From NCBI GenBank assembly GCA_964106915.2, contig OZ066921.1: DNA of 64,000 bases; one strand, 5' to 3'. The notes beneath the pieces are model-generated. The model did no database searches. It was not told the origin of the DNA and saw only the letters and a program-made list of their open reading frames with translations. This stretch comes from Podarcis gaigeae (Eukaryota). A program made the position numbers and the translations under genes. Shown in pieces: positions 51,252 through 64,000 of the stretch (within the stretch, counting starts at the first letter, position 1; each line of letters opens with the position of its first letter).

Positions 51252-52172
51252 ATGGGCTGTGGGACTAGCAAAGTACTTCCTGAGCCTCCCAAGGATGTTC
51301 ATTTGGATCTCGTTAAAAAGGTGGAGCCATATACTGGTTATAAAACTGACATATATAAGCACTTCATCAAGGGTGATGGAGATGCCATCAAATCTGCTAT
51401 CCCTTCTCCTCCACGTCACACTAACCCACATGTGGAACAGGCAGAGCCTCGCAAGAACAGAGTGGCAAAGTACCGTGCAAAATTTGATCCCAGAGTGACA
51501 GCCAAGTATGATATCAAAGCCCTGATTGGCCGAGGCAGCTTTAGTCGTGTAGTACGGGTGGAGCACAAGGCTACCAAGCAGCCGTATGCAATCAAGTTAA
51601 TAGAGACTAAGTACCGTGAAGGAAGGGAAGTGTGTGAGTCAGAGCTGTGTGTGTTGCGTCGTGTTCGGCACACCAATATCATCCAGCTCATTGAAGTGTT
51701 TGAGACTCAGGAGCGTGTCTACATGGTGATGGAATTGGCCACTGGAGGGGAGTTGTTTGACCGAATCATTGCCAAAGGTTCCTTCACGGAAAGGGATGCT
51801 ACCCGAGTGCTGCAAATGGTGTTGGATGGAGTTAAATACTTACATACATTGGGCATAACTCACAGGGACTTAAAGCCAGAGAACTTGCTCTATTACCACC
51901 CAGGCATGGATTCTAAAATAATGATCACAGACTTTGGGCTGGCAAGTGCTCGAAAGAAGGGAGACGACTGCTTAATGAAGACTACCTGTGGGACACCAGA
52001 GTATATTGCCCCAGAGATCTTGGTCAGAAAGCCCTACACAAACTCAGTAGACATGTGGGCACTGGGTGTGATCTCATACATCCTACTAAGTGGGACTATG
52101 CCTTTTGAAGATGACAACCGCACCCGCTTGTACCGGCAAATTCTGAAAGGAAAGTACAGTTACTCAGGGGAG
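51252..52172 (+). CDS. PSKH1: Serine/threonine-protein kinase H1, first coding exon (exon starts at 51154; gene continues beyond the window)
   Basis: MGCGTSKVLPEPPKDV N-terminus (Gly2/Cys3 acylation motif); kinase motifs GRGSFS, YAIK, HRDLKPEN, DFG and CGTPEYIAPE. Ends YSYSGE|GTGAGT. Acceptor (ct)n...ccag at 51153. Confidence 0.97.
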
Positions 52173-54436
52173 GTGAGTGTGTCAAGGTTCCAGCAAGGGA
52201 GTGCCTGTTGTGTGATGGTCTGAAATCTCTGGTCTCTACAGGAAACACCCTCATCCTTAAATCTTGAAGCCTACTGCAACCCTGGTCCTTTAAAAGCTAC
52301 TGCTTTCAGAATATATAGTGTATGTTTTTCTGTTTCAGAAATTAGGCCCCCTTTTGCACAAAATGTCTTACAAGAAACAACAACAATGAGGTTGTCTGGG
52401 TGAAAGCAAAAATAACAAGTGATTTCCAAGCAGTGGGAATCTCTGCCCCTGCTAATGGGAGGTGGTAAGGCCAGGCTTTTTCAGAAATGGAATTGAGAGT
52501 CATTTATCCATTTTTTGGAGATGTATTGCATTTCCTCTAAAGAAAAAAAATCCTCTCAAAATGGATTGCAAAGAAGAAAAATGTAAAAGAAGTATTAAAC
52601 TAATACAAAAATTCTTATTTTTCTTACATAAATTAACATTATTTAACATTTTAGAATTGGGATGGTTGGCTTTTAAGCAGCTTGGGAGGCCTCACTCCTC
52701 TGGAAGATAGAAGAATGCATGGGAGCTCTGCCAAGTCTTTACAACAGCTTCAGATGGGATGAGTTGAAAAGCCATTCCCCTCTAGGAGTCTGCCTGTCCT
52801 CAGGAAAGATGGAGCTAAATCTAAATTCTGAGTCTTGTCTGGTGCTGTTCAAAAGACCAGTGGACCCTCCAGAAGTTGTTGGACACCAGCTTCCATGAGC
52901 TCTGGCTAGCATGGCCAATGGCCAGGGCGAATGGGAGCTGTTGTTTAGTAATATTTGGAGAGGCACACATTCTCTGGAGAGGCAATGCTTTAGAGGCTAT
53001 TTCTAGGAGGTGCTGGCATGTATCAATTAAATCTGTCATTGTACTGCTTTGGTCTGCTTCATTGTGTGCCTTATGGTTATAGAAAGAAGAATATATGAAT
53101 GTAGAGATAAGTTCTATACTTCCTTCAATAAGTTACACTCAGAAATAGAAATAATTCAACTATTACCCCTAGTGGCATCTCAGCAAGAACTGAGCCAAAT
53201 GTTTTATATGTGTAAGAGAGCAATTTTTCAGTCGGGGGTTGAGAAGTGACAGTAAAATAACTGACTGAAAAACAAATGAGGTACTTGCTAGTTCTCAGGC
53301 TGTGGTGACATTTCAGTAATGGATGAAGAGTCCTTTTTATATTTGGGGTGTAATGTTCTAGATGCTAAATCAGGATATAAGTTGCTTTTGAAAACATTGG
53401 GGCAATTTTCATGGCTGTGCAGGTTTTGATAAGTCTTCCAAATAATGTGCAGTTGGTCACTCTTTGATTTGACTTGTAGCTTCTGTATGTTTGTGGCTGG
53501 GTTGTGTTAGGCAGTCAGATTTCACAAGCAAGTAGGTAACCTACAGTAAGTAGGCACCCCATTTATATTCTGTAGAGTAGTAGTAGTAGTTGTTGTTGTT
53601 GTTGGTTATTTTACCATGCCTGTTTTGCTTCCTGTAGACCACAGCCAGTGAATCCAGATGATCCAACTAGTTTCCCTATTTGTGAATTGTGAATGAATCT
53701 GACAGCTGCTATGTCCTGGCACTGATTTAAGCAACATGTTTCACAGTGTTTAGGAATGAGTGATAATCAATGGAAAAGTAGGTCAAAGAGCTGTTAGTGG
53801 GTGGTAGGCTCCCAAGCTCCCACAACACCCCCCCCCCAATAATGGGTGTCTTGAAGAAACCATGCTTCTGCTAACCTGATAAATCTTGGAGAATCAGTTT
53901 TCTTCTTCTTATCTTTTCTGGTGTAATGGGAAGAAATCAGCCATAAGCTTGTTTAATCACCGGCCTTCCAAAAACAAATTAAGAGAACTTTTATTACACA
54001 GAAATCCTTTAAAACTGCACTGGATGCAGCTGTGGCAAACTGAGTGTAAGATTGAGAATGCGGGAGAAAAAGGCTGCTACAGAAAGGCCCCTACCCCCCT
54101 TTTTAGCTTTAACTCTGTGAAATGAACACACTTTTATCTGACAGTGGCACTCCCAAGAGGTATGTCTGTGGAGATCCGATCATAGAGTTATAGATTCGCC
54201 TGCAGTGACCCTCTGGGCTAAAGCATAAGAAATGTGCTTTTGAACCAGGGAGGAGAGTGTCTGCTAACATAGGCTCTCATAGAATTTCACAGGCAGAGAA
54301 CTTGCATCATAGAAGAATCCAAAAAAGGTTAGATGTTTTTCCTTCTCTTCTTATCCCCAAAAGAAAAGGTGTACTTTCCAAGACAAGGCTTGCCTCAAAT
54401 GCTGAACTGAGATTGTGGAGTCCTATTGAGAGAGAG

Positions 54437-54755
54437 TGCAAGAAGATCAAACGCATCCATTCTTAAGGAAATTAGCCCTGAGTGCTCACTGGAAGGACAG
54501 GTCGTGAAGCTGAGGCTCCAATACTTTGGCCACCTCATGAGAAGAGAAGACTCCCTGGAAAAGACCCTGATGTTGGGAAAGATGGAGGGCACAAGGAGAA
54601 GGGGACGACGGGACGAGATGGTTGGACAGTGTTCTCGAAGCCACAAACATGAGTCTGACCAAACTGCAGGAGACAGTGGAAGACAGAAGTGCCTGGCGTG
54701 CTCTGGTCCATGGGGTCACGAAGAGTCGGACACGACTAAACGACTAAACAACAAC
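54437..54755 (+). mobile_element. BovB/RTE LINE 3' fragment with 12-bp TSD
   Basis: Peptide ARRSNASILKEISPECSLEGQVVKLRLQYFGHLMRREDSLEKTLMLGKMEG.RRRGR; 3' end ggggtcacgaagagtcggacacgact...(caa)n; TSD ATTGAGAGAGAG at 54425-54436 and 54756-54767. Confidence 0.92.
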
Positions 54756-57077
54756 ATTGAGAGAGAGAGATGTGAAAGCTGATATTCAGGCTGACTTGTG
54801 AAGTATTTCCATTTTCTTTATGAGAAATGAAGAGAGCTTACAATTTGGGTTCTTTTCCTGGAGCAGAGTGTGTGTTTTCAAGAGGCTAGTAGGCAATTGA
54901 TGGGAAAGCTATACCTTAATAGCTCATTTAGGTCCTGCTGACCTCAACTACTCTAATTATCATTCTCTGGCTCCTGATGGTATAGAGGTGATGGCAAAGG
55001 CATGGTGTTTAAGGCAGTCTGGGGATAAGTGACTTGGCAAGCCCTTTTGATGATGTTAGCTCCCTAGGTAAGGGTTACAATGCTTATCGAAGCTGGATCA
55101 GTACAGCCTATCCATCAGGAACTAATTGTGTTCTCCCCTGCCACCCTGCTCCCTGCTGCTCTTTCTTTGCTTTATCAGGGCTTTGCTAAATAAGCTGAAG
55201 GAGCTAGTTTTACTGTCAAAAATCCTACAGGTAACATAGCAGAAAACTTCTTCTGTTCTAGTGTTTCAAATAGAGAGGAGAGTTCACATGCTTTTCAAAA
55301 ATGTATCCTGTCACTCTTTTGCATTTCTGATTTGATGCTAACAAACTAGAAGGCTTCCAACTACTTAAAAGTTGGAATTCAAGGGAGAAGTAGCTATTTG
55401 CAGCTTGGCATAATATGTGGAATACAGGTACTGGAGGCTGTTGGCCTGTGGGGAAACTTAGTGCTTGGGAGCTGGTGTAGTGTAGAGGCTGATGTATAAA
55501 TCAGGAAGTCCCAGCTTCAAATGTCACCTCTACCTTGAACTCATTAAGCTGCTTTAGGCAAGTTACTTTCTCACGGCCCTGGTTCTCCCATCTACAGTAT
55601 GGGGGATAAAAACGCAGACTTAGGATTGTTGTAAAAATTACTGGAAAATATACATGGAACCAAGGATCTTATACCAAGTCAGGTGGTTGTTTTACTCAGT
55701 ATTGTTCACAATGATTGGCAGGCAGTCTCAGGCAGGATTTGTTCCCAGCTCGACCTGGAGATGCTGGGTATTGAACCTGGGACCCTTCTGCATGCAAAAC
55801 AAATGATATACCTCTGAGTTATGCCTACTTCTTCTTGAAAGCACTTTGCCAATGTTAAAGTACTAAGACTTGCAACAAAATGTTGCAGTGTATCATCACC
55901 TTCAAGGTTCCAGTCAGCCATGTCTTCCACCTTTATTTTCCATCTTTTTGGGCAGGAGGTTATCTCCGCAGAATCTTTGCTGCTGTTCATGCCCCTGCTG
56001 AGTCAAGATCAAGATGTCCTTTGGTCACAACAGTGGCAATGCTCAGGCCAGAGTCTGTTTCTGTTTCTAGTTGAATGCTACCATGTCATGCATCACCACA
56101 GTTCCCCATACCACTGCCATCCTGTTCCCCAAGCTCAGGTCACTATTCATATCTGGAATGATTCCCTCTCTTCCTACCGTTTGTCTTGAAACAGGCAGTG
56201 TAGTGCTGTAGAGAGTTACAGTCCTGGCAAGCTCTGAGTAATATTTGCAATAGTGCATGGAGCCTACGTTTGACAGAGTGGCAGGCAAACAGTTAGTTGT
56301 TTTACTATTATGTTCACCCATAATGGAAGCCACTAGCTGCATGTCATAAGAAGAGGAAAGAGCCAACGGCTCATTTAATCTAGCATCCTATTATCCCAGA
56401 AGCAGTATATGAGTGCAGCATCACTCTCCCTACTTGTGACCTAGCAAGCTGTATTTAGAGCCTTCAACAATGAAGACAGAACATACCTATCATGGCCAAT
56501 AGTCACTTATTAATTTATCTAATCTTGTTTTAAAGCCATGAAAGTTGATGGCCACCAATACATAATTGTGGGAGTGAATTCCAGTGTGAAGAAGTACATT
56601 GCTTTTCCTGTGCTGAATCATACAACATTCAGCTTCCATTATGAGAGAGGGAGACAAAGTTATGTCTATCCAATTTCTCCAACTATGCTGCCATGCATCT
56701 TAAATGCTGTCAGTCTGGCCTCAGTGGCTCAGCCTTTCAGCAGCCCCTCCTAGAAGGCATCGTAAGAGTTGACTGGTACTCCGGCAAATAATTTTTGCAT
56801 AGAACAACTTGGAAGTTCGTTTAAATAAATTGCATCATTTTTGTATCTTCAGTTCTACTTGCCCTCACGTTCTTTGGTGCCTTTCGCTTGAACTGCTGCA
56901 TTCTCAAATTCTTCCGTATATTGTTTGTGTTTCCTGGCTGCTCTGTCTCTGTGCTTGTTGTCTTAGATCCAGAACATTGTAGTGGTTAGAGTGTCAGGCT
57001 AGGAGTGGGGAGAATGCAGTTGAAATTCTCACTGAGCCATGAAGCTCACTGAGTGCCATTGAGCCAGTCAGTTACTA

Positions 57078-57336
57078 CTGCATTTTTTGCTCTATAAGAC
57101 TCACTTTTCCCCTCCTAAAAAGTAAGGGGAAATGTGTGTGCGTCTTATGGAGCGAATGCAGGCTGCGCAGCTATCACAGAAGCCAGAACAGTAAGAGGGA
57201 TTGCTGCTTTCACTGCGCAGCTATCCCTCTTGCTGTTCTGGCTTCTGAGATTCAGAATATTTTTTTTCTTGTTTTCCTCCTCCAAAAACTAGGTGCGTCT
57301 TATGGTCTGGTGCGTCTTATAGAGCAAAAAATACAA
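57078..57336 (+). mobile_element. Tc2/pogo-like MITE, family B (opposite orientation to 48154-48411)
   Basis: Plus-strand conceptual translation (KRDCCFHCAAIPLAVLASEIQNIFF) matches the minus-strand translation of the 48154 copy. TA-flanked, decayed TIRs. Confidence 0.85.
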
Positions 57337-58569
57337 TATTTCTTTTGAACCTAGCTGACATCTGAAGAGCATTACAAAGATTATTATTAAATTTTTATAC
57401 TGCCCTTCATCTGAATATCACAGGGCAGTTTACATTATAAAAACACAAAAACACATACCATAAAAAGAAAATAAAACAATACCTGCCATCGATGGTTTAA
57501 AAGACCCTAGATTGTTTAGGAGAAGAGGGATGTTTTGCCTGACACCTAAAGATAGTAACAAAGGTGCCAGGCAAGGCTCCCTGGAGAGAGCATTCCACAA
57601 GAGGGGAGATAAAGGGTCGGGGAGAAAACCAGTGTGGTGCAGTGATTAAAAGTGTTGGACTATGACAGTGCAGTTCACTGAGTAAATGTGGGCCAGTCGG
57701 TCTGTCAGCCTAACCTACCTCACAGGGGAAGGGGAGAACCATACATGCCATGCTGAGCAACATGGAGGAAGGCAGGATAAAAATTTAACAAATCCTCTTT
57801 GCCTTGGCTTTTACTTCAAGATCTACTTTTACTTACTAAAGAAGCCCAGTGGAATCTGCGGGGAATGTTTTAGAGGACATGTCTAAAGTTACTGGAAGCA
57901 AAGTAAGAATCCTGAAAACATACTTTGTAAACTTTCCTGATCATAATTTAAAAAGTGTAGGCTGCATTATCTGTCTTGAAAGAGTGGCTGAAATCTATTG
58001 TCATGGATATTTGTTGACTCGCTTGAGTAAATGGTCCACCAACGTCACCCCCCCTTCCTTTTGCTTTGTGACTCACACCAGCTTTTATTCTCTGATGAAT
58101 ACCACCTTCAGATGGGATGAGGCTTAAACACCTTGACGCACAATGCACTTTGAAGGGTCGTGTTGCATATTTAGCCTGGAACACGATGTGGTGCATAACA
58201 GTTTCTGGTTGACATTAGCTTGGGTTAGTGTGAAATGGAGGCATACAGAATTATAAAAGGGAAAGGGAAAGGAACATAACATAAATATTCAAAGACTGCC
58301 TTTGTATTTAAGCTCCTCCTAACACCATAGCATCTGCCTTCTTCCCATTTGACACTCAAGCTTAGCTTTTTGCTATGACTTCATCAAGTCAGCTTCACGG
58401 GACACAGTCCAAATAAAATTGGGATATCGTAAATATGTGTGATTTTTCCTCCACTCCTCAATGCAAAAACATGTTTACTCATGGGAATTGGTATCCCAAA
58501 CATGTAAGGGCTGTGTGCCATGTGGGGATGCAGGAGGAGCAGTGCAAATAAAGGGACAGTTTTTGCTGA

Positions 58570-58745
58570 TGCCAGTGGGAGAGCATCTGCTTTGCATGTA
58601 GAAGGCCTCAGTTTCAGTTTCCAGTATCTCCATGTAGGACTGGGAGAAACCCCTTTCTGAAGCCCTGGAGATCTGGTCCACACATGCAATATTGAGCTGG
58701 ATGGACCAATGGTATATCAGTGTATGGCAGCTTCCTGTGTTCTTG
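58570..58745 (+). mobile_element. tRNA-derived SINE
   Basis: agagcatctgctttgcatgtagaagg...gagctggatggaccaatgg...ggcagcttcctgtgttct; same family as 19783-19970. Confidence 0.7.
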
Positions 58746-59049
58746 TGCACAGCCCTAAAAGAAAACTAAACATTCCCAAGTCTCATCTAAAAGCAAGCAG
58801 GAATTCAGTGCATGTGCACTGATCTCAATGGAAATTTGGCTTGCCTTTACTAGCAGGGATATGTGTTTATGATGTTATGGTATTATTATTATTACCACTA
58901 TTATATATTTATTTAGTTATTTATACCCTGTTTTTCCCCTGACAGGGATTCAAGGCAGCTTACAGATAAAATATCGTGCAGTCAGATATTTTGGTGCTAA
59001 AAATATTTATACTTTAAACATCAACTTTAGGCAGGCAGTTTGCCACTTT

Positions 59050-59870
59050 AACTTTTGTACCCTCTTGTCAATCCATAACTCCCTGGATGGCTTACTACAA
59101 CATAGTCATAGCATATAACAAGAAAATATAGCCATAATAATAAAGTGCTGCAATCCTGTATTGACTTACCTGGCAATAAGCTCCACTGAACTCCACTGCG
59201 TTTTCTTTTGAGTAGGATTGAACTATCAATGCCAGTAAGAGCCCAGAAAATTGAAAGTGATTTTTCTTTGACCCCCTCCATCACGTTTGGCACTGTTACA
59301 AAAACGGTCCTGACTTTGGTAGACTTCCACCACACTTTGATAGTAGGGGCATTCAAGAGGTGGCTGATTGTAACAGTGAGGGAGCAGGAGGTCTTTTGGT
59401 TAATCCTTTTTCTCCATACATCCCTATAAATGACTGCACAGTTCTTCTGAGTCTTCTGAGGATTTGACTTTCCTGCAATAGTTACAGAAGAATGTTCCCA
59501 GCAGGAAACTAACCCAACTGAGACTGTAAGGTTGTTTCTTTCTTTCCATTGACTGATATACAGTATTTGATTTTCTTTTTGAAATTTGAAAGGTCTGAAT
59601 GTCTGTTTCAAAGGATTATTCATTCCAACTCCCTCCTTACCTGTAGAAAGGGTGCTCGGAAGGTAAAATTCAGTCTGACGTTTTCCATGCTTGGCCACAC
59701 TGGCTGCTTCAAACATAACATGATGAATGAAATACATTCAAAAACAGCACAAATTAGAGGGCCCTTTGAAAGAGGTGTTTCACTTTCCTTGGTCCACTTT
59801 GTGCTTTTTTGGCTGGATGTGAAGATTTGGCTGTCTCCTTGGATGGTGCTTTGGAAGCAACTTTTGGATT
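59050..59870 (-). mobile_element. Degenerate L1/Tx1-like ORF2 C-terminal fragment
   Basis: The 229-aa minus-strand ORF contains WW/W-rich remnants resembling the end of LINE ORF2 and is not a recognisable host gene. Tentative. Confidence 0.4.
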
Positions 59871-60931
59871 TTTAAGATTGTCTTCCTAGTGGTCTTATTA
59901 GAACCACCCCCACCCCCACCATGTGTGAGATGCATTAAATGTTGCACATATTTCCCACAGAGGCCTAAAATTGTACGTATGTACAAGAATGAACAAACAA
60001 ATCAATGAAAATTCTGACTGGAATAAATAGAGGCTAGAAAATTCAGCTTTTACTGAGAAGAGGAACTGTTTTTAAGTGCACCTGAGAGTTCTGTCTCCTG
60101 GAAGAGAAGAGAAATCCATTTACAGAGGAATGTGCTCTTGCGTCCCAGATGAAGAGAGCATTGAGCGAGTATGGGTGAAGGCTGCATGTGACCTGAGGGG
60201 CCTCTACTTAAGAGACAGAGTGTTCTGGTCTCTATCTCTCTCTCTCCCCCCCTTTCTTTCTTTCATTTTTTTTCTTTCAAGACGGAGGAACATTGAAAAG
60301 AGCCTGAAATAGGCTGTCTCCATGCCTGAGGTGGAACGTTGAGGTCAGCCTGACAAATGCACACTCTATGATGAGGCTCAGAAGCCTTTTTTGCTCTGCC
60401 TCTTTTTCTTCTCTCCTACACATGCAACTGTTCATCTCAGGCAGAGGTAGCCAACATGGTGCCCTTCAGTTGCTGTTGGGTTACAACTGCCGTTATCCCT
60501 GACCATTGGCCATGCTGGCTGGGGCTGATGGGAGTTGGGGATCCAGCAACATCTGAAGGGCATCATATTGTCTATCTGCAGTGCTGATGTAGTTGACGTG
60601 GTTTTGTGCTGAGCTGTGTGACAGTGGTAGAAACTTTTGCAGAATTAGAAACTCATGTAGGAATGCCAACATCCTGCTTGGTTACCTAGGGTAACCAATT
60701 GCAAATCTGCTCGAAGTAACCAGATATCCTCTGGTAAAGATGTTTCTTTGGGGAAGGGGAGAATGGACCTATATTTGGACCTGTATTGCAAGCTGAATTT
60801 GACACTTCTCATTGTCAGTTTCTATGAATTACTAAGCATCTGTATTGTTTTCTGTAAAATGTCCACTTTCCATTATGGTGCATTAATTATAAACTTCTTT
60901 GAGTCTCCAGGAGAGTATTTTTCTCAAAAAA

Positions 60932-61151
60932 CATTGGTACCTCGTACCACTTAATTCGTTCTGGAGTTCCGTTCCTAACCTGAAACTGTTCTTAACCTGA
61001 AGCACCACTTTAGCTAATGGGGCCTCCTGCTGCCGCTGCGCCGCTAGTGCGATTTCTGTTCTCATCCTGAAACAAAGTTCTTAACCCAAGGTACTATTTC
61101 TGGGTTAGCGGAGTCTGTAACCTGAAGAATCTGTAGCCCGAGGTACCACTG
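60932..61151. mobile_element. Family-A Tc1/mariner MITE (partly eroded left end)
   Basis: Shared internal sequence ttaacctgaagcaccactttagctaatggggcctcc and right TIR cccgaggtaccactg-ta. Confidence 0.85.
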
Positions 61152-62267
61152 TAAAGTGAAATAGTTTGAAAATCACACATCAAACACTTGTTTGAGATGG
61201 AAGTGAGTTCCTTGAATAATACTGGGACAAAACTAGTATTGCATTTGTTAAAATAAATGTGATTATTTAGAGAACGTGGAGAATATCAAATCAAGCATAC
61301 AAATGCACACACTCACAAAGCTTCTAGCTCTGATTTAAATGTGACAGAATGCACAGTACACATTGTAGTTTATTTGCCTTCTGAAGGTGCTCAGTCCATT
61401 TAATAAAATGAGAGGGATAGTCTCCCATCAGAATAGAGTGAAGACTTATTCTGCAGCATGAATCCCCTGAAGAGTAAAGAGGCTATCTCAGTTGTTGCAT
61501 CCCTTTTAGACTTATTTGTTCACCGTCTTGACATCATAAATACATAGTTTCAACAGACCGTTAAAATATTTTGGGCTTGGGTCCCTTTTGACACAAGCCT
61601 GATTTGCCATGCTTAAAGAGAGAGCAAAATATGTTGGCCTTACGTCACAACTGACTGGCAAGTTGTATAAGTAGAGGACAGCAAAGTTGGGCTTTAATGC
61701 AAATAATTCCATCCCCCCCCCCCCCCCCGTCACAGGGCATTGCAAAACCTTGTGAATAACCCAAGTAAACATTCCTGGAAAACTAAAAAAAAAAAAGAAA
61801 CCAAAGTAGTTTAACTAATAATGCATGTTTCTTTTGGTCACAATGGGAACCCACTGAACCCACCAGGCAATATGGTGAATCTATTCAGTTGCATATGGAG
61901 CCAGCAGAAGAGCCTGTTCTTTCTGCCATACTAAGTCCACAAATACAATGCAATTCTTTGGTGACCTAGAGGCCTTTTCTTGCCATTTACACCAGAAGGA
62001 AAATTTCTTCCTTTTCTAATACAATATTTTTATCTTATAAAATACACAAAATCTTATCATAAATAAGTAAATATACAGTAGATTATCTTGATACATTTGT
62101 CATGAATATAAACTGATGGAAGTATCCAAAAGACTCAACATCTGTAAATTATTACAAATATTCTGCTCCTCAGAAAATCATGTATAAAACTGTTGTTACA
62201 TTAATATTAAAATTTCTAAAGATTTATACATTCTCAGAAAAATGTTGCAACTGTGCCTTCTATTTCT

Positions 62268-62519
62268 GGGAGCCAACATGGTGTAGTGGTTAAGAGCGGT
62301 GGACTCATAATCTGGTGAACCAGGTTTGCTTCCCCACTCCTCCACATGCAGCTGCTGGGTGACCTTGGGCTAGTCACACTTCTCTGAAGTCTCTCAGCCT
62401 CACTCACCCCACAGAGTGTTTGTTGTGGGGCGAGGAAGGGAAAGGAGATTGTTAGCCACTTTGAGACTCCTTAAGGGGAGTGAAAGGCGAGATATCAAGT
62501 CCAAACTCTTCTTCTTCTC
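62268..62519 (+). mobile_element. tRNA-derived SINE with (CTT)n tail
   Basis: A-box tggtgtagtggttaagagc, B-box-like ggtttgcttccc, core gtgaccttgggctagtcac, tail ctcttcttcttct. Confidence 0.8.
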
Positions 62520-62524
62520 TCCTC

Positions 62525-62760
62525 AGCTTTTGATATCATCAATCATGGCATCCACCTGGGAGATGGGCTTCAGGGGCACTGTTCCGCCATGCTTTCAATC
62601 TTATCTCCACGGCTGGTTCCAGAAGGTAGCATTGGATGAGTGCTCCTTAGCCCCTTGGATTTTGAGCTATAGGGTGCCACAGGACATAATAATGTCTCCA
62701 GTGCTATTTAACATCTACATTAAACCATTGGGAGCATTCATTAGGAGTTTTAGAGTAGGG
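62525..62760 (+). mobile_element. L2-clade LINE reverse-transcriptase fragment
   Basis: RVPQDIIMSPVLFNIYIKPLG resembles the RT motif GVPQGS.LSP.LFNIY. Confidence 0.7.
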
Positions 62761-64000
62761 GTAGACAACCTAAGGCCCAGGGGCCGGATGCAGCCCAATT
62801 GCCTTCTAAATCTGGCCCGTGGACGGTCCAGGAATCAGTGTGTTTTTACATGAGTAGAATGTGGTGGGCTAGATGAAGGCTGCTCCTTTTCTGTAGAATA
62901 GCATTCCTTGTCAAGATATGGCAGGTGCCCATTATATGCCCGTCCCAGAAACAACTGAAGACTTTTTTGTTCTGACAAGCTATCCCAGCTGGAGAAATCC
63001 AACTCTTCTGAAAGCTACTAAAAGCAAAGTCATTTTCAACAAATCTATTAGTCTTTGTATTGATATAGACATAACAAACCCAATCAGTTTATTTTTCAAC
63101 TCTTTTATAGTTGAAACCTTATTTAATCTCCAGCATTCATCATAATTTATTGTAGCTGCCATAACTATATGCACTGTAAGTTGAGAACCTACATTTTACT
63201 ATATTTAACACAAACTAAGAGCAACTGTTACTGTAAAGACAAGAAGGTTTATTGAAGTCTTCCAAAAACCAAGCAGACCTTCCCACCCTGCTTGCTCAAA
63301 TATGTCTCTTATCATTCTGTACAAGCTCTGGTTTATGTTTACTTTATTCCCACCACCCCTTGTGTGGTCCAGTCTTTCTGAGAATTGGTAGCTTTGTCTG
63401 TCCCTCTCCTCCTTTCCCTCCTGCAGTTCTGGGAGAGTGCCAGTCTGGAGTCCCCAAACATGCTTCCCAATTAGTTATTTGTTTGGACCTAAATTCTTTT
63501 CTGGAAGAATTGTGTGGTTCTGCTAAAACCTGAGAATCAGCTCAAGCAACCAATCAAGCATTGATTGGTTAAATGGTAAGCTGTTCAGACAGTTGGTTAT
63601 GGGGAGGAAGCTTCCCGCTGTCAGCTGTTTGTAGCACCTGCTGATACTGGATTTGCTGGCCCAGCTATATAGATTCATGCCCAGTGGCTTGTAGCTTGCA
63701 GAGTTCCCATACTGTGGCATGCTGCACATGAGGAACGTCTCTCCTGGGGGAGCCTTTATTTTGAGATATTTCAGGAGATTGATTTCCAGAGTGATTGGGA
63801 AACTAACTTACAGCTGTATTATAGACCAAAGGGGGTTCAAATCTTGTAGAGATTGCATGATGAGTACAATTCAAGAGATTTGTCTAGTTACGTGTCTGTC
63901 ATCTTGAACTTTCTGAGATATATGGAGTGACATTCCTAGTGACATCCAGATCTGATAATGGCTTAACTGCTTGCCAGTACCCACTTAAAACAAGGCAGCA

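Noticed and set aside
52173-52223. Extension of the PSKH1 ORF (VSVSRFQQGSACCVMV*)
   Set aside because: Read-through into intron 2 past a canonical GAG|GTGAGT donor. The kinase C-lobe is incomplete and continues in an exon outside the window.
59048-59737. 229-aa minus-strand ORF as a possible nested antisense gene in the PSKH1 intron
   Set aside because: No splice or promoter support; better explained as a decayed LINE fragment.

Overview
Vertebrate genomic DNA, most likely a squamate (lacertid-like lizard); this is inferred from the repeat content (Sauria-type SINE, BovB/RTE, CR1, L2 and TA-flanked MITEs). Three plus-strand genes lie in the order I recall for mammals. (1) EDC4: last coding exon and 3' UTR (115-~950). 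(2) NRN1L/CPG15-2: complete three-exon gene (CDS 5824-5878, 17487-17658, 19147-19432; 170 aa; signal peptide, six Cys, GPI-type C-terminus). (3) PSKH1: 5' part only, comprising a CpG-island promoter, non-coding exon 1 and the large first coding exon (51252-52172); the final exon is beyond the window. The main structural anomaly is a head-to-tail tandem duplication of a 9,880-bp unit (19777-29656 repeated at 29657-39536) with no difference I could find and a 2-bp CA junction microhomology. It copies the distal NRN1L 3' UTR and poly(A) site plus intergenic DNA, but no coding exon. It is either a very recent CNV or an assembly/construction artefact. Smaller observations: a 72-bp-arm hairpin in NRN1L intron 1, inverted MITE copies bracketing the AUG-containing PSKH1 exon, a uORF-dense PSKH1 leader, and a sense L1 tail with AATAAA in NRN1L intron 2. 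I see no convincing evidence of a wholly new gene system. Most ORFs in the track are noise or repeat-derived.
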